DNA of 57,154 bases, filler included, from Basidioascus undulatus (Eukaryota), in NCBI GenBank assembly GCA_000826855.1. It is 5 parts of 5 records of this genome, joined end to end, with 100 filler letters (N's around TTAATTAATTAA, not from the genome) between each part and the next. Parts side by side here need not be neighbours in the genome. Positions count along the whole stretch, not along the records: positions 34,362 to 45,708 come from JTLS01001019.1; positions 45,809 to 57,154 come from JTLS01001020.1; 3 more parts are not named here. The stretch is one strand, 5' to 3'. The notes below the pieces were generated by a model that made no database searches, had not been told where the DNA came from, and saw only the letters and a program-made list of their open reading frames with translations. The first letter of the stretch is position 1, and each line of letters begins with the position of its first letter. This document shows positions 37,373-50,510 of the stretch, piece after piece. Made by a program: the position numbers and the translations under genes.

Positions 37373-39432
37373 CTATACAGTCCGGTACAGTCCGGTGGGA
37401 GATGGGAAAGGACCGGACGGTGCAGTTCTACTACGAGACCTCCGCATCGCGTTTGGTGAGCTCGGGGAAGAGGTCCTTCTGGCACGTGTGAGCCGAGTCG
37501 CCGATGCTGCTGCGGGAGTCGTTGGGCTGCCTGCTTTTCCGAGAAAGGACCACGGCAGTGTCAGAACGCGTGCTGGGAGAATAGCCAGACTAGACCGTGG
37601 GAAGCTCAAGCTCACCTCGCTTCGTACCCGACGTGCTCGAGCTGGACTTCCACCTACGTGGGGAGGGGGTCAGGCGAGTGAGAAAGGGGGGGATTTTGGG
37701 AATACAGAGGGGGAAAAGAAAACACGCGGCGCACTGCGATCCGCGTCTGCGATTGAGCGGAGACCAGGCGGGACGGTGTCGGTCCTGGAGGTCGAGGGGG
37801 CTTTAGCTAGAGGGTTGGGTGGGTACAGACAAGAGGGAGACGGACGGGTCGTAGCGCGACCGCGAGCAGGACTTGGACTTCGAGTTGCTCCTCGGGTCGC
37901 TCTGCGTCGAGCCGAAGTTGGGGCTCATCTAGTAAGCAGGAGGAGCGGGGTTCAGCACGTCGCAACGAAACGAAAAGAGAACGAATGTTTCTGGTCGCAC
38001 AAAGTTGATCAGGCTCAGGTAGAGTTTGCAGGAGGCGACCACGCTGTTGTCGTAGGGGAAAAATCGAGTCAGCACTCGCCCAAGATGCAGTGACTGACTG
38101 GAGGTGAAAAGCTAAGTCGCACCAAACAGTGGGGACGATGCAGGCGAGTTGCTGCAGGGAGTTCCAGTAGTTCCCGTCCCTGATTACCAGGCCCAGCACC
38201 ATCTGAAGGATGTTGACTGCAATCGCGATCTGGGGAACAGAAAGGGTTGCCGGCGCTGTTGCGGGCGCAGTTCAGCTCAATGTGCGGCCAGATTGGGGAA
38301 GCTTTGCGCGTACCGCCAAGTACATGAGCCCGTCGGAGATGAGGAGGCGGGTGAAAGAGTGCTGTCGGAGCATAAACCAAGGTTAACATCGTGAGATGGA
38401 GTAGAGGCGAGGTACTCACTGAGCCGTGAGCTGCGAGCCGCATCCGGAACAGCTTGAGCGCGGTCAAAGCCAGGATGAGAGAGTCGAAGAGGACGCCTGG
38501 AGAGCTCATTCCCGTAAGTGCTAAAAGTAATGGAATCTCTCTGTATGGGGCCTACCGTAGATGTATTTTGCAGCGGCACGAGCAGCGCCAGCAGCGGCTG
38601 AGGTGTTCTCGCATGCCTGGTCTCGACCCATTCGAAGCTTGCGGGAAGACCTTGGGATGGCCTCGAAGATCTGGAGGTAGCATTTGTTCAGTCCGGGCAT
38701 CAGATGCTGGATAAAGCGAGCCGGGATCCGACCTGGAAGCTGGTGATGTACGCATGGCATTGCGCACATCGAAACGGTCTCACCCAATGCACTTTCTGAA
38801 CTCATGATTTTTGCGATAGAACAGAGCTCTGGACGACAAGATAAGCGACGGAGCAATTCATACGTTTTGTGCCGCTGTTTACTGTGCTCGGGCACAGAGC
38901 GATTGATCGAAGCGATTATGATAACCTCCATGAATTAAACCCGTAGGAGGGCCCATGAAACGGGCGGTCTGTTGGCTGTCAGACGCTGAATACTGGGTGT
39001 TGCGTTGCGTGGCGCGTTGCCCAGCACCTCCAAGATGCCTTCCTCGCGCTCCCCGTAGGACGGTCCATTATTGAGGCGTGCTCTCTAAGCCCCCAATGCT
39101 TACCCCGCGGAACCGATGCTTGCGTTACCGTGGCCTGACCTGATTCCCTTCCATTGGACAAGCCATCACAAGGTCGTGGCGAAGCGACGAGGCTAGGGAT
39201 GGACTTGGCGTGGCGCGCCTTGAAGGGGGAAGTTGGCAACCCCATGCAGGCTTTTGCTGGCACTGCCACAACATTGATATTACCGTAACAGTGAAGGTTT
39301 AATCTTATTACCACACTTCTAGCTTTCTTCTTGCTTTGATGGGGCACTGTGGTACTGCGGGTTGGATTCACGTCCGTTTTGCAACGTCGCTTTCTCAGCT
39401 TGTAGCTCATCGACTGTCAATGGCGCCGTCAT
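37373..39432 (-). CDS. Hypothetical multi-exon integral membrane protein (7TM-like)
   Basis: Hydrophobic exon fragments between GT/AG sites: GVLFDSLILALTALKLFRMRL, LSRLLISDGLMYL and IAIAVNILQMVLGLV..LQQLACIVPTV. A possible start reads MTAPLTVDELQAEK. Boundaries are uncertain. Confidence 0.45.
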
Positions 39433-40019
39433 CGAGCAGAACCCAGACGCTGCCGGGTCCTATGAGCTGAAGAGCAAAAAAGGTAGGATGAACCAAATGT
39501 CGGGTCACACTCTTAACTAGCATCAGCAACGTTGAACAGCCCTTTCAACCGGAAGCCTGCCGCTCGAAGTGGCAAACCATCACCCACCAGGATAGAAGGC
39601 CGAAAAAGGATGTCTCATATTCTCCGGTATTCTGGAAACCAGAGCATGGAAGCCTTTTAAGAGAGGTGTGGCAGCTGGGCGCTGGCGCGGAACCGACCTA
39701 ATCGACGTGTTGGATGATTCGCTAGCTTTTAGGAGGACGTGCACCCATTGCATCCCTCAACTCCACTTACTCAACCATTTTCCAAAGATATTCATCAAGT
39801 TTTGGCAGAGTATATATGCGATGTATAGACGTGTCGATGTGCGAGAGTCGTATTCTGAAAGTAAATCCGGTATGATCTAGCGTGCGACGACGTATACGAG
39901 AAGGATGGAGGAGATCGGTGGGACTGGTAGTCGTAAAGGGCCGTAAAGGAGAAAACATGTGATTGTCGTGAAACTTGTAGTAGCTCCTCAACCACCTGTC
40001 GAGGGCGTTGCGATGTCGT

Positions 40020-42404
40020 TTAAGAAGAAGAAGAGTTGGAGTGGCACCATTCCGGAGCAACCCGACGCTCAGGGTCGTAGTGCCGGCATACTGCCTCTGT
40101 TGGCATTATCGTACGTTTTTCAGAATTGATTCGCTCGCAGTATTGGAGGAAATAAAAAAGGCGACGGACTGAAGCCAAAGGGGAAGAGATAGCCGCGTTC
40201 TCCGGTACGGAACTCGTCGACGTAAGATAAAAGGCGATCCTGTAAACATGCTGGGTCAGACCGCAATGACTTGGCCATGTCTAGCCCGACCCACAAGCTT
40301 TCGAGTGGTGGTCAAGTGCTGGCGAGCATAGTGTAGCGCCTGCGTAGCCATGCGCTGCAGCTCGAGAGGGTCCTGCAAGGCATCGGCGACAGCGCTTTCA
40401 ATTGTCTAGACGAAGAACCCGGCTCAACTCAGTCTATTGGTGCATACTCAGTGACAGTTGCTGACCGTCAGATTCCAGTCGAGCTTCAACGGGATAATGA
40501 GGTCGCGCAGCTCCTCTTGATGCTCGGATGGGATATCCGCCGCCACAACGCAACTGTTGGAGCAATGTCAGAGCTTCCTTCAAGAAGAAGGAAACGGGCG
40601 TACCCGCTCAGCATAGCTTGGGAGTACCTGAAAAACGTCGATATTTAGTTCGATTCCTTTCCGGTCAAATCACATCGGACACGACGCACTTTCGAATCAT
40701 CTTCCGCTCCACGCTGCCGTCAAAGACGCAAATCTTGCTCTCGCGCATGGACCGGGCGAAATCTGCCTTGGTCTGTGCAACCTTTGCGAGGGGTGGCCAT
40801 GCCGGATCGTAATCCTCAGGAGGGTTGGTGAGCATGTCGGCGGGCCACTCATTGATATATCCTTTACATGCAGCGCCTCTTCAGAGATGCCCGAGCTCGA
40901 AGGAAGGGAATGAACCTGATTGACCTGGATGTTCGAATTTCTTGATCCTGTGCCACTACCATTAGACGAAGGCAAGATACGAAGGAAGATTTCTCTACAA
41001 TGGACTAACCATGTGTCTGAGGCGTTGGATACAGTGGCTCTGTGGCATGCCTTGTAAGTGTCACATTACTTCTTGAGACTCCGAAGAGCGCCAGGCCACT
41101 ACAAGGGGCGTACCGGATTGGATCTGTAATACATCGTCTCAGGGTCTGCCGCTGAAAGTGTGTGAGCTCGTACACTCACAGAAGTCCCAATCGCTTCCAA
41201 ACAGCGTCGCATTCTCCTTCTTATGCTTCCAGGACCTAACGGGGTAGTAGTCGTCCGGCGAGCTTGCATCGAGCGTTGCCCCAAAGAGCTGCATCTCCCA
41301 ATCCGGATAGATCTCGTGGACTTGGTCGGGCCGAAACATGTCTGTAATGAACAATAATTAGTCTTTTCCTACTGGGATCATTTGCAGTAGAGCGTACCCA
41401 TGAGCTCAAAGGCGTACCGGACGGTCATGATGTTTGTGCGTTGCGGCGCGAGTTCGTGCCGACACGCTTCAAAGTGGCTGTGCGAATCGAAAACCCGGTC
41501 AAGTCAAAAACCTATAACAGTGCGGTACATTTTGAGAGCTTACCAGTCTCCGACTTCGGTAATGACTATCGGGCCCTTGCCTTCCTCACCAATAGCGCGA
41601 GGACCGAAACCGCAAGCGGGCGTCGTCTCGTTGCCTTCGTCAGGAAGATGGCCCATGGTGTAGATACTGGCTTCCAGGGAAACTTGGTTAGAAGCTGTTC
41701 GGCGAGATAATGTGATCAATTTGAAAATCGTACATGTCGAAGGCGTCACAGCCGAAACGTTGCTCGACGTTGTGCGAGAGAGGCAGCGAAGAGTTCCAGC
41801 CACGCCATCCCGGGCCCCAGACCGTCCCGTTGATGAAGGGGTGTTCGAGAGCAGCGTCTGGGAGAAGGATGGGATTCATGAAGCAGTGCACTATAATTTC
41901 AGAAGCAAGTTACAACTCACCTGCGAGGTCGAAGAAGAAGCGGTCCATCCTCCCTAGATACCCGTCGTACCCCTGCAACAGTGTCAGCCAGACGGCTATC
42001 CCTTTGAACAGGTGAACGCAACTCACCTCCACAAGAAGCATTCGCTCCACCGTGTCCCGTCGACGAGGCTTGTAGATAGACCAGTCTCCCCCGACATCCC
42101 CTCTCTCGCGCTCGACAAGGTCCGCCTGCTGCTCCTGCTCCAGCGGCGGCAGGGCCACTGCCGTCTGGGTCTCGAATAAGCCAACGGCCTTGACCGGTGG
42201 GCTCGTGGCGCGCGGGGTGCGGTTTCTCAGGGCGGGCGCAAGCGGCGGACTGAGCCCTTCGAAATCGATCCCGTCCGTGTCCGGCGAGCGCAGCGCTGTG
42301 AAAGCGAGGTACGCAACGGCAGCGACGAGAATCGGAAGAGCGAGGGCCGCAGCGCGCCCAGGTCGGCTGATGGGGGTGGTATTTTTGATATTCTTTCCCT
42401 CCAT
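40020..42404 (-). CDS. Type II membrane glycosyltransferase (GT-B fold, Glyco_trans_1_2/CgeB-like C-terminus)
   Basis: N-terminal anchor AAALALPILVAAVAYLAFTAL. C-terminal ADFARSMRESKICVFDGSVERKMIRK|YSQAMLSG|CVVAADIP and ALQDPLELQRMATQALHYARQHLT resemble the GT-B nucleotide-sugar-binding half. Confidence 0.65.
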
Positions 42405-42990
42405 CCAAGCGGTGGGTGGTGCTGCGCGGCGGATGGTGAGTATGCGAACGTATTTGTGAAGATGGGTACGGCTACGGCCGGATGTGGCGAGGAAGCCCAG
42501 TTAAGGGGATCTTGGAACGTGGCCTTCCGTCGCGTCCACACAATGGGATATGTGGCAACCGAATACCCGGCTTGCTTTAGGTTCTATGACCACTAATGAG
42601 TGCACCGCAGCTCCCCAGTCACCGCAGAGTGTAGAGCTTTACCAGCGACACAATTGCCATCGCCTCAGGCTGACGTTCGCGCAAACTAGGTTCGAACAGG
42701 TCAAGCTACTAGGTTCAAACGTGTCTCTGAAAATAGAAGAGCCTATCATCAGGAATCAAGCCCATCGGCAAGTGCGCAAGGCGTGCTGTTGCACCCTCGA
42801 GTCTTCCAGCTCGCGTTCTGGCCAACCATAGCGGCGTGTTGAAACTGCGAGCGCAATCCCGCATTTACGGTGCCAGAGTTCGCATAATTTAATAATATAA
42901 GTTTTTGATACATGGGACAACATCTTAACCTCAGCCGGGTCCCTGTTAGATATCTTACCCAAACGCCGACGCTGCAAAGAGCTCAGCAAC

Positions 42991-44896
42991 CTATGCAACA
43001 CCCGGCGCACGCGGCCAGAAGTGAAAGGCGTCGCTGTTGACGCCGTCTCATCAGAAATATTCCTGTAAACACGAGACTGGCGAGCAACGCACCCCCTCTC
43101 AAGATAGACGACCTCCTGGTCCAGCCCCGCCTCCTTCATCGTCTTCTTGAAGTCGTGGAGTGGCGAGAGGAAGACGTCCTGGAGACTGAAATCAGTATCA
43201 ACTCATCAAGCGCAGCGGACGAGAAACACAAACATAGTCGTCGTAGTGGATCGGAAGCGTCAGGTCTGAACGCAGGAGGACGGTCAGTTGTGCAGTGAGG
43301 GAAGCGAGCGGCACTGCGGAGCGCACCGGGCTTGATGAGCTGGACGAGCTTGACGCCTTGTGCGGCATCCATGGTCACCATCACCATCTGCGAATATGAA
43401 TTGTTCAGGTGAGGCTCGGGAAGGGTGGAAAGCGATTTGCAAGGAACAAAGGCGGTCCCACGTACTGGAAGCTTCGGGCTCGGGATGGTCGTCCCGCCGA
43501 GGTGCGCAATCAAGAGATCGACGTGCGGGAAGCGCTCGGGGATTTCCTGGTCACAAGAGCCTTTCTCCCAGCTACGGCCAGTCTCTAAGAGAGCGTGCCC
43601 ACTCACGGCCAAGTCATCCACGAACACCGTGTCGCCGGACTGGTCGACAATCTCAGCAAGTCAGCGGAACGCCGCGCCGCAACTGCCAGCGGATGACCCA
43701 CGATGTAGATGCGGTATGCGCACTCCTTCGAGCCTTCCCAGCCATACTCGAGCATGAAACCAGTTCTATGGCAAAAGTACTGTCAGCATGCGTCTGCACA
43801 GATGTGGTGGCGAGGCCTACACGGGAGGGATCGCATCGAGCCACTCGTTGACCTTGCCTGGAACCGAAGTTCAGCCGCTGATGGACATTTAAGCAATGTG
43901 CAGCCCGGAAGACCAACCGATGACCCCCGCAACGTGCTTCCCCGGCATGCCTACCACGCGGATCTGCGGCTTGCCCTTCTCGCGCTGCGGCAGGGAAACG
44001 AGCGCCGCTTCCCAGTTGTTGAGTCCATACTGTCGCGGCTCCAGGTGAATACCCTGGATCAGGGATGATATACGGTGAAATACTCACCACCGACTCGAAG
44101 CCGTGCTCCTTAGACGTCAGGATCTCGTGCGTGTGTGGCGTCGTTATGATCGGGATGTCGCGCCGCAGCTTCTGCTGCACGAGCTTGTCGAAGTGGTCTG
44201 AGATCGTTCCTACATCAGCTTCTGAGAGAAAGGGAAGATATAAGTTTTATGAGGATACCTTCGTGGAAATGCGACAGGAGAATAGCGTCGACACCTGGGG
44301 TGTTCCTGTGGGAGGTCCTGTTGGTCAGACTGCCGGAGAGGAGACCGGGGGAGAGACGCACTGAATCTCAACGGCTGGGTTGGTCCGGCGCTCTCCCGTT
44401 ACACCCGGACCGAGATGAACCTTAGACGGTGCTGCTGTCAGCTGGTCGTTCCGCAAGAGTAGCTGTTCGGACCTACGTGGTCCCCGGCGTGCAGGAAGTT
44501 GGGATCGGTCAAGAAACGGGCGCCCTGCCTGGACCGCCGTCCCCTATCAGTAAATCGCACTTGACTTACAGTGTAGTACAGGACTCTCACCACTCAAGCA
44601 CCATCGTAGCCGTCCCCACTATCTAGCTCCCGCGTCAGTCACCCCTTGTCAACTTTCCACGTCCAGCACGCGACTCGCTCACCGAAATAAATCAGTGCCC
44701 TATCATCCTCCTTCTCCTTCTCGCTCGTCGGAGCGTACTTAGAGCTCCGGGCATGTGTCTGGACGACCTTGGGTTCCGGCAAGCCCTCGCTTGCTGCAGG
44801 CGCCGGATCGGGAATGATCCCCAGCGGGCGCGCGTTCGGCTCGAGGTGCAAGCGGTGTCGGGGGATCTGCTGTGCGGGCTGGGAAGGGGAGGACAT
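42991..44896 (-). CDS. Metallo-beta-lactamase-fold hydrolase (UlaG/Lactamase_B_2-like)
   Basis: LIYF|VGTATMVLEW, LTDPNFLHAGDHVHLGPG, DAILLSHFHE|DHFD (HxHxDH motif), MPGKH, SGDTVFVDDL, DLLIAHLGGT, VTMDAAQG and PIHYDDY|DVFLSPL. Confidence 0.9.
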
Positions 44897-45708
44897 GGTG
44901 CTTTGGGGATTGAGTGTATGCGTGTGTGGAATGAGGGTGTAAGATGGTTAATGGAAGAGGGAGAGGTTTTGAAGCCGGTGCGAAGGCGGGAGCAAGCGGG
45001 AATGGATGATCCATGAGGCTGTCTCTTCGTGTCTTGTGTCGGTGCCTTGAGCAACAAAGTGGACGTTGAGCGCCTTGTCAAGGAACATGAACACCTTTGA
45101 AGTTCTATCTCGAGGCTGGTGCATGGGCAAATCCACAAGCAACTACCTGCGTACGAACGCCTGGCGAGTGCATGCGCTATCGAGCCGTGTTATCGAGACG
45201 CGTCCGGCGGAATCTTTCCGCCCTACAGAACGCGTTTCACTCAAGCTCACAGTTCCGTAGAGCATAAGAGAGTTGAATGGAAAGAATGGCTTGGATCTAT
45301 AATCATACCCGTCAGAGTCTTGACCGGTCTAGCTGAGACTGTCGCTGTGAAAAGCGTTGCAGTGTCCGACCGTCGGCAAAGTGCGCGTCCTGCCATCCAC
45401 TAGCATGACCGGCGACTGCAGGTGTACGAGACACTACATGCTTACGGAATAGTACGCTCCACCAGTGCTGCTGGTGGTCTCGCAGCACCTCGACTAGCCC
45501 CGGCACGTACTCCTCAATATGGAGTGCACGAAGATTAACCTGCGGCGACCTGAGAAGAGCAACCAAGGCTAGGGTACGGTCTGTAGCTTGTCTTAGCACC
45601 TCAGAAAAGCAAATGAAGGAATACCGACCGTCAACTCACCACTTTCAATCTTGATTTGCGTCTTGCTGCCGTACCCCGGTCGCCGCCAGATGCCGATGCA
45701 GAGCTCCC

Positions 45709-45808
45709 NNNNNNNNNNNNNNNNNNNNNNNNNNNNNNNNNNNNNNNNNNNNTTAATTAATTAANNNNNNNNNNNNNNNNNNNNNNNNNNNNNNNNNNNN
45801 NNNNNNNN
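45709..45808. other. Artificial contig spacer
   Basis: N44-TTAATTAATTAA-N44. Confidence 0.99.
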
Positions 45809-46019
45809 CCTCGTACTCGTCCACGATGACGGAGACGAGCCAGGTGCGCTTCTCGGCGGACTCGGGCCCGCCCCAGTTCTCGGATACGGCGATGCGGAGC
45901 GCGGGCCAGAGGTGGATGATGGCGAGCGTGGAGCGCGCGAATAGGGGGAGGTAGATGTCCGCGGGAGCGTAGATGGGCACGTCGAGGGCGGACATGATGG
46001 CAGACTGTGGATGGGACAT
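45809..46019 (-). CDS. TSR2: Pre-rRNA processing protein Tsr2 (WGG domain), 5' part only
   Basis: LFARSTLAIIHLWPALRIAVSENWGGPESAEKRTWL matches the WGG-domain pattern W.AL.lAV...WGG..S.eK..wl. The start may be 45995 instead of 46019. Confidence 0.9.
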
Positions 46020-46225
46020 TGAATTAGTTTATTGAAATTTATAGATCAGTCAGATATGAACGCGCGTTAGTTGTAGGTGAACGTGTAACGAGCGTAGCGA
46101 GCAGCGAAGATGAGGGCGAGAGGCAGGGTGAGCAGCCGGCGCTTCCGGGCAAATTTCGAGCGCTACTGCCCCTTCGACTGCGCTGGTTCTCTTGGTTGTT
46201 CACCCTCGCCTTCTTGCTATCGACA

Positions 46226-48756
46226 ATGTCGACATCAACGCCTCAGCAGCCGCAACGGAAGCGCAAACGCGTTCCATCGACGGCGACGTCCTCAGCGCCC
46301 CTCAGCGCAATTGCAAAGCGCAAGCTCGCAGCAGCCGCTGCAGCCTCACTCTCGGCGGCGCCCATCCCTGCCCCTGCACCTCCCTCGCCGGCGCCCAAGG
46401 AGCCGAGTCCCGAGCCGGAGAAGGAGTTCGAGGCGGCTGTCCAGGATGTTCTGAGCTCGGAGGAGGAGGAGACGCCCGCGCCGGCGGAGAAGGGGAAGAA
46501 GAAGAAGGCGAAAGGGAAGGCGAGCAGGTACTTTGCGGGCGAGGAATGGCAGAAGGACGAGCTTGCGGGTGGGGAAGATGTGGTGATGGTTGAGAGGGAG
46601 GAGGAGATTGCCGTGGAAGAGGAGGAGGACGATGTGCAGGTTGTCGTGCAGGAAGAGGAGGAGGTCTTGCCTGCGCCTCAACAGGGTCGCAGGCGAAAGA
46701 ACAAGAGGTGCGCCCATCTCCTAGCTCCTCATCGCCCAATGTTACGTCTGACCCAGAGAGTAACCCACAGTTCATACCACGACTCCGCATCCATATCCAC
46801 CTGGACCCTCTCCCCCACGCACAACCTCTACACCCAACCCCGCACAGCCGCGTCCCCGCCCTCCGTCCTACTCGGTCTCCTCCCTTCCGAAGTGCGTGCC
46901 CCTTCCCATCCCAGAATCCCATCCCAGAATCCCTAACCTCACACTCCCCTACCAGACATTCATCTTCTCCGGCCTCTGCACCCTCACCGTCCTCTCCGGC
47001 ACGCTCTCCCTCCTCGGCGCGCACCTGCGCCCGAACCCCTCCGTCTCCCACCCGGTCTACGCCCCGCGCTCGCACCCTCTTCCGGTCCTCCAAGCGCTCG
47101 ACGCACCGGCCGCTAGTGCGCGCGCGCGGAAGCCGAGCGCGGACATTCCGACGGGGTGGGAGAAGTTCGCGGTGGTCTTGAGGCTGGAGGAGCTGTCCAA
47201 TGGCGTGGAGGGGTGGGGGAAGGCCTGTCCCCCTTTTGCCGGGAGCTGGGACGACCCGAGTGGGGAGGGTCGGTACGGGGACTGGGGGATCAAGGGGTTC
47301 TTCCCTGTGCGTTTTCACCGCTTTTCCCCTTGTTTGCTATCCACCCGAGCTCACACGTGCCTCCCAGATCCTCGCACCTACCCCGAACCTCACGCCCTAC
47401 CTCATCCCGCCCTCCTGGTCCAGCGCCCTCGCGTCTCTCCCCGGCATCGCTACCTCGTCCGCAGCCGCTGACGAGGACGAGGACGAGGAGTACGTTGACC
47501 CGCCCGTGGCGCTCGTGCGCGGGCCGAAGAACACGGGCAAGAGCTCGTTCGCCCGCGCGCTGGTGAACCGGCTGTTGTCCCGGTGCGTTTTCCCTCTTGA
47601 GCTGAGGGGCGAGGCATGAAAGGCTGCTGATAAGGTGTACGTGCGGATGCAGGTTTGATAACGTCGCGTTTCTCGAGTGCGATATTGGGCAGTCCGAGTT
47701 CACGCCCAGCGGGATGGTCGCCCTGAACCTGGTCACGTCTCCACTGTTTGGTGCGTCGCAGACTATAATTCTAGAACACTCGATCGTGGTTCCAACTGAC
47801 CTGCGACCGCACCCGCAGGCCCTCCACCCACGCACCCGTCCCTCCCGTACCGCGCGCACTTCATCGGCTCCACGTCCCCCACGTCTTCTTCCGAGCACTA
47901 CCTGTCCTCCGTCCACTCCCTCCTCTCCCACGTCCCGCCCTCGACACCCCTAGTGATCAACACGCAAGGCTGGGTGCGCGGCCTGGGCGCGTCCCAGCTC
48001 TCCTCGATCGGGTCCATGCTCCCCATGCACGCCCTGCACTTCTCCATCGGGGACGACGAGGGCTCCTTCCCCTCACCTGCACCCGCGTTCGCTATCGAGC
48101 CCGTCTCGAGCCCGGAGAGCCCCCTCGCGGCGCGGTACTCCGCCGCGGACCACCGTGCGCTCGCGCTGCTGAGCTACTTCCACGCCGCGCCGGCATTGCG
48201 GGAGGACGGCGCCCCGCCAGAGCGGTGGGACTTCTCGCGCCCGCTGTGCGCTGTCCCGCCGTACGCGGTCGACTGGGCGCAGGCGTTTGACAGCGTCCAC
48301 CTGATCGCAGGCGAGGACGTCGCCCCCTCCGAGGTGTTCTACACGCTCAACGGATCGCTCGTCGCACTCGTCGCTTCCACCCCCTCCTCCTCTTCCTCTA
48401 CCACCCCTTCTTCCCAAACCTCCCTCCCCCTCACCCCCGACCCGCCGACTCCCCACGGTTCCACGACCCTCGGCCTCGCCCTCATCCGCTCCATCCACCC
48501 GCCCACGCGGACACTGCACATCGTCACGCCCGTGCCCCCCGCGCAGCTCGCGCGTGCGCGCACGCTCGTCAAGGGCGCGCTCGAGCTGCCCGTGTGTGCG
48601 AGCCTCGACTGGCGCGAGGGCGCCGGGGAGGACGGCGTGGCGGGCACGGAGTGGGGGCGGGTGCCGTACTTGAGCGTTGGGGGCGTGGTGGGCGAGGGCG
48701 GAGCGCGGAGGAGGGTGCGGAGGGGCGTGATGAGGAGGGGTCAGTTTGGGGGTTGA
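46226..48756 (+). CDS. GRC3: Polynucleotide 5'-hydroxyl kinase Grc3/Nol9 (Clp1 family)
   Basis: Walker A VRGPKNTGKSSFARALVNRLL, FLECDIGQSEFTPSGMVAL, HFIGSTSP, PLVINTQGWVRGLG, LGLALIRSI and VPYL, with a basic/acidic N-terminus. Confidence 0.93.
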
Positions 48757-48919
48757 TGGGTGGGGACGGCGCATAGATGAGTGTTGCTCGGGAGAAGATG
48801 CGTTTGGGGAGTGAGCGAGGATGGTATGCGTATGGAAGTTTGGAAGCTCGGACCATTGCGCACGATTTCGCAAGCTAAAAGCATAGCTCATGGTGAAGCC
48901 GTCTGGAAGAAGAGTGTAG

Positions 48920-50510
48920 CTAGCGGTTGACGAGTGAACCAACCGCGAGCCTTACACGACAGATTGCGATCCCGCAACGGATGAAGACTTTATACCTACA
49001 AGAAGTCACTGGTCGAAATGTCTTCGCTGTCCGAGGTCGTTTGTGTGGAAGTCGCAAGGCAGCGCAGCCATCGCTCAATGACAAGCAAACGATCACATTC
49101 TCTGCCGGAACACCTCGTCGACTATCCTCCGTGCCTTTACCCAAAATCACCTGTCCACCTCTCCCTCGCCCGGACAACGTGGACCATGCCCTCCCCCTCG
49201 GAGCGCTCGACGCAATACTCGGCCTGCAGCTTCCCCAGAGCCTCCGCAAACGAAAGCGAAACTGCGCCCACCCAGTCGCCGGCCTCCTCCAGCCGCTTCT
49301 CGAGTGCACGCAGCGACCCCTCGGCCACATCAAGCACGCTCTTCGCCGTCTCCACCGCCTGCCGCGCCTCGTCGTACTCGTCGTGCTGCCGGGACATGTT
49401 GTCGAGCGTCCGGGTGAAGCTGGACAAGTAGCGTGTAATGTTCTCCAGGGAGGGTTGCCAAAGAACGGGCGGAATGTCCGTGTCGACGGTGAGCGTTGTC
49501 AGCGATGGCGCGTGGACGGAAAGGGCATGAATGACCTGCTCGGCGCCATAACATTTGACCGGGGAGGGAAAAACAAGAGAAAAGGGAACTCTTGGGCGAC
49601 GTACGTCTTTAAGCGGAGGTCGGCTGGCATAGTACTGCCCCGAAGCATGAACTTCAGAGAGTCGAAGGCGGGTGATGTGCGAGAAGCGCTTTAGCTGCTC
49701 GATGAGACTGGAGAGGCTGAGCGTAATACGCGAGCCGATCGTAGCGCGCGAGAGATCGAGGGCGCGGACGTCTTGGGTATTTGACTGGGGGACGCATGGC
49801 TGAAAGTGTTGGAAGTCCCATAGGACGAGATACTGAACTTTGAAGTGGCAGCGGAGCTCGTAGTCATTGCTCTGGGTCTGTCTTACCCGCTCTGGCATCC
49901 ATATCAGCTGCTACAGGTCCTGCACGAGTGCGAGCAGCGAGCGCAGCTATGCGCCGATGCCTTGGGCAGCGGTGACCCAGCGACGCGACGACTCGAAGGC
50001 AGCTGTTGTTGTGCACCAGCCCGAACATCAGCAAGCCACCCCTCCCCCCAGTCGGCGGTTCAAACACAACGCTCACCGCACATGCTGCACCACGTCCCCC
50101 TTGACCAGCATCTCCAACTGCGGAGCATCGACCGCGTTCGATACTGCGCGCACGGTCATGCAGGACCAGAGTGCGGGTCGAGCGAGAGAGCGGAAAAGCC
50201 GCGAGGTCTCGCACAGAGATCTCACAGCGGCTCGAGCGTCGCCGTCTGCCTTCCGATACGATTCCGCATGCTCGCGCTTGAGATCGGCGTGAACATTATC
50301 GATGATCTGGGCGAGGAGCTCGGTGGCGAGGTGAGGAACAGCCAAGCGGGCTGAGCATTTGATGGGATGTAAGACAACAGGCGGGCCAGCCGGCGGGACG
50401 CTTGAACCCCGAAGCCGCGGAACGCTGAAAGATTCCGTAATCACCAAAATTCTGCTGAAGCGTTCAAGGACAGAGGATAAACATGTGTAGAAACAATCCT
50501 GTATTGTCAT
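48920..50510 (-). CDS. F-box-like domain protein (hypothetical)
   Basis: VPHLATELLAQIIDNV...AVRSLCETSRLFRSLARPALW is an F-box-like pattern, followed by LRR-like VRALDLS and ITRLRLS segments. Both ends are uncertain. Confidence 0.6.

Noticed and set aside
46302..48942. Long minus-strand ORFs (338, 213 and 289 aa)
   Set aside because: They are antisense shadows of the GC-rich GRC3 coding sequence.
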